From the sequence record MF044457: a stretch of DNA of 64,000 nucleotides; one strand, written 5' to 3'. Position numbers and translations under genes: made by a program. The stretch is from Escherichia phage ST0. Below the pieces are notes generated by a model, which saw only the letters and a list, made by a program, of their open reading frames with translations, searched no databases and was not told where the DNA came from. Of this stretch, positions 61,757 through 64,000 are shown in pieces; the first letter of the stretch is position 1, and every line of letters starts with the position of its first letter.

Positions 61757-61986
61757 TATTCATCGTCCTCATCATCTTCGTCTTCGTCGTCATCGCCTTC
61801 ATCAGCGTCGTCTTCCGAAGCTTTCTTTTCTTCTTCAGGTTCTTCGCCTTCAATCAAAAATTGAGAAGCGATTTCTGCTTTGCGTGCTTCAATCAAACGA
61901 ACCGTTTTTTCTGCCATTGCACTTTCAAAAAACTTTCGAGTAGCAACGAGGTCGTTTGATTTAATAGCTTGAATTAAATCGTCCAT
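61756..61986 (-). CDS. 67: prohead core protein gp67
   Basis: 76 aa with poly-acidic C-terminus. Confidence 0.9.
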   Translation of the reverse strand: MDDLIQAIKSNDLVATRKFFESAMAEKTVRLIEARKAEIASQFLIEGEEPEEEKKASEDDADEGDDDEDEDDEDDE

Positions 61987-63557
61987 TAAAAATCCTCTTG
62001 TTCTTGGTCGGGGTCTTGGAAACGAGCCTCTTTCGACTCTTCTTCAATTTGCTTAGCCTCTTGTTCAATTTCCTCGTCAGACATCTGAAGAATATCTTTC
62101 ATAGCTGTTCTGTGAGAAATATATTTACCAATAAATGGTTCGGCCATCTGAAGCATATTAATGCGACGCTCCAGAATCTCAGCATCCTTTAATTCCGAGA
62201 AATAACTATCCCGATGAAATTTTATCTTAATATTATTTATTTCATCATTCCACTCATCTTCTGTAATAATTCCTTTAAGAATTAAATTAGTTTTAAGCGG
62301 GTCTAGGAATATCTCTTCAAATTTATGTTGCAGCTCACGAATAAATTTACCAAATGACAATTCATCTCGCGTAATAGAAGTACCAGCATCAAACTGTATA
62401 CCACCTTGGTCACTTGGAATACGGGTAATAGGAATACGTAAAGCCATATAAAGCGCATTACGGAACCAACGTACATCTTCCATATTTCCAGTATTATCTG
62501 CACCCGGTAATGTGTCAACTTCTGTTACTGCTTTACCATCACGTCGTTGTAACCAATAATCTTCGGTCATCGACATAATATGCTGCTGGTTTTTAATCTT
62601 GCCTGTAGTAGCATCATATGCAATACGGTTTTTCATCGTATTCATAACATGTTGCATATGTTCTGCTGCTTTTCTTGAAGGCATATTACCTGTATCAACG
62701 TACCATACACGACGATCTGGAGCACGAGTAATACGATAAATTACGACGGCATCTTCAAGAAGTTTTAATTGGTTCGCTGGCTTAATAGCCCGATGCAAAT
62801 AACCGATGATATTTTTACCACAGCAATCAACTAAACCAGAATGGGCATAAACAATCGCGGCTTTAGGGATTTTTATTTTTGTGCCAGCTTCATATATACG
62901 ACCGTCACAAGCATAAGATTCGTGTGATGTGTCATAAATGAAATATTCTTTATAACCCTTGACTATTTTAACACCGGCTTCAGTGGTTGTAATAACTTCA
63001 CGGACATATTGAACTTGGCGTGGGTCTAAACGACGAAGCTCTTTAATACCTTCTTTAGGGCGTTTAGGGTCAATAATTTTATGGAAGAAAATTCGAGAAT
63101 CCACATACCAACGTCTAAAATGATCTGAACCTTTACGTTGGAAAGATAAATGATTTAATACTTCATTAAATTCATCCAACATCATTGATTTGATATTTGG
63201 ACTAAATTTTGTGTTATCTAAATTTATAGAAACGACTTCTGTATCATCTTCATACACGATAGCATCGGAAACTATTTCAGAGACCGCGTTATCCACTTCA
63301 TAGTTCGTCATCAAATTTCGATACGTATCGATTAATTCACGGGTTGATTTGAGCCCTGGTTCTTGACTACCGAACATTCTCTGAAACATAGCATTATATG
63401 TTTGCTGTGCTTCATTTTCAGATACTTCGTATTCTTTAGCGCCGTCGTCTAATTTTGGTGTAGTGATAGATTCTAAATTTTCTTTTTCTTGGTCTTTGTA
63501 ATCACGTTCGTCCATTTTTGCCCATGGAGCAAACAAACTTAAGATATTAAATTTCAT
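61986..63557 (-). CDS. 20: portal vertex protein gp20
   Basis: 523 aa (T4 524 aa); synteny. Confidence 0.95.
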   Translation of the reverse strand: MKFNILSLFAPWAKMDERDYKDQEKENLESITTPKLDDGAKEYEVSENEAQQTYNAMFQRMFGSQEPGLKSTRELIDTYRNLMTNYEVDNAVSEIVSDAIVYEDDTEVVSINLDNTKFSPNIKSMMLDEFNEVLNHLSFQRKGSDHFRRWYVDSRIFFHKIIDPKRPKEGIKELRRLDPRQVQYVREVITTTEAGVKIVKGYKEYFIYDTSHESYACDGRIYEAGTKIKIPKAAIVYAHSGLVDCCGKNIIGYLHRAIKPANQLKLLEDAVVIYRITRAPDRRVWYVDTGNMPSRKAAEHMQHVMNTMKNRIAYDATTGKIKNQQHIMSMTEDYWLQRRDGKAVTEVDTLPGADNTGNMEDVRWFRNALYMALRIPITRIPSDQGGIQFDAGTSITRDELSFGKFIRELQHKFEEIFLDPLKTNLILKGIITEDEWNDEINNIKIKFHRDSYFSELKDAEILERRINMLQMAEPFIGKYISHRTAMKDILQMSDEEIEQEAKQIEEESKEARFQDPDQEQEDF

Positions 63558-63585
63558 TGTATTCTCCGAATGGGAATTATAGTTA

Positions 63586-63593
63586 TATTTATA
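63586..63593 (-). promoter_or_regulatory. late promoter (TATAAATA) for gene 20
   Basis: Plus-strand TATTTATA 29 nt upstream of the gene 20 start. Confidence 0.6.
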
Positions 63594-63641
63594 TGGACTT
63601 CTCCGTCATCACGGGAAGCTGGGGATTTCTCCCCAACCAGA

Positions 63642-64000
63642 TTATTCCCACCAATCAAGAGCAAGAGTTACTTCGAACGTTTCAATCTCGTTATTGCTGT
63701 CCCAGTCAAGAGATACTTCACCAACGTTAGTAGGCCACAAGCCAACAATTTCAACTTCTTTAGTGACCGTTTTAGCATCACGAGCAAATTGACGAACGAT
63801 AGCAGACTTTTTATATTCAGCAGGTTTACCACCGGTAATTTCATTACCTTGTCCTGCTGCAATACCTTGCCAATCAACAAATTTCTGACGAATGCTATGA
63901 GCATCATCGTTCATTACTGTAATAGTCCAATCATCGAATGTACGATCACCGGCCACGTTAATTTTACGGTTCATATAAGAAACAGGAACCTTTTCAACGA
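63642..64000 (-). CDS. 19: tail tube protein gp19, 3' part (N-terminus beyond window end)
   Basis: Reading frame open to the window edge; C-terminal sequence (...WDSNNEIETFEVTLALDWWE) and position next to gene 20. Confidence 0.85.
   Translation of the reverse strand, partial: VEKVPVSYMNRKINVAGDRTFDDWTITVMNDDAHSIRQKFVDWQGIAAGQGNEITGGKPAEYKKSAIVRQFARDAKTVTKEVEIVGLWPTNVGEVSLDWDSNNEIETFEVTLALDWWE

Overview
This window is a contiguous segment of a T4-like (Tequatrovirus-type) myovirus genome, in reverse orientation to the standard T4 map; I see no strong evidence for a wholly novel multi-gene system. Gene calls rest on my recognition of near-identical T4 protein sequences, motifs and synteny, not on a database search. 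Left to right: a partial hypothetical gene, ndd, two tiny membrane-peptide ORFs, topoisomerase subunit gp52, motA, six small accessory ORFs, asiA, then on the minus strand holin t, gp38 and long tail fibre genes 37-34. The plus strand continues with rnh, dsbA, 33, 59, 32, frd, uninterrupted td, nrdA, uninterrupted nrdB, denA, rnlA, alc, the spanin pair, pseT, a DAHP synthase gene, cd, 31, rIII, an accessory island with NADAR-like and HAD-like genes, DNA ligase 30 and alt. The remainder is baseplate hub genes 54-48-29-28-27-51 (minus), 26-25-uvsY (plus), uvsW (minus), inh-hoc-rnlB (plus) and head genes 24-23-22-21-68-67-20 plus the 3' part of 19 (minus). No rRNA, tRNA, CRISPR array, transposon or integrase was seen. 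Regulatory punctuation is dense: GTTTAC/TATAAT-type early promoters, often with a dyad symmetry around the -10 (PeSL-like cassettes), TATAAATA late promoters, and GC hairpin plus T-run terminators. The most interesting item is the phage-borne class I DAHP synthase at 32155-33147, which T4 itself lacks; whether relatives already carry it needs a search.
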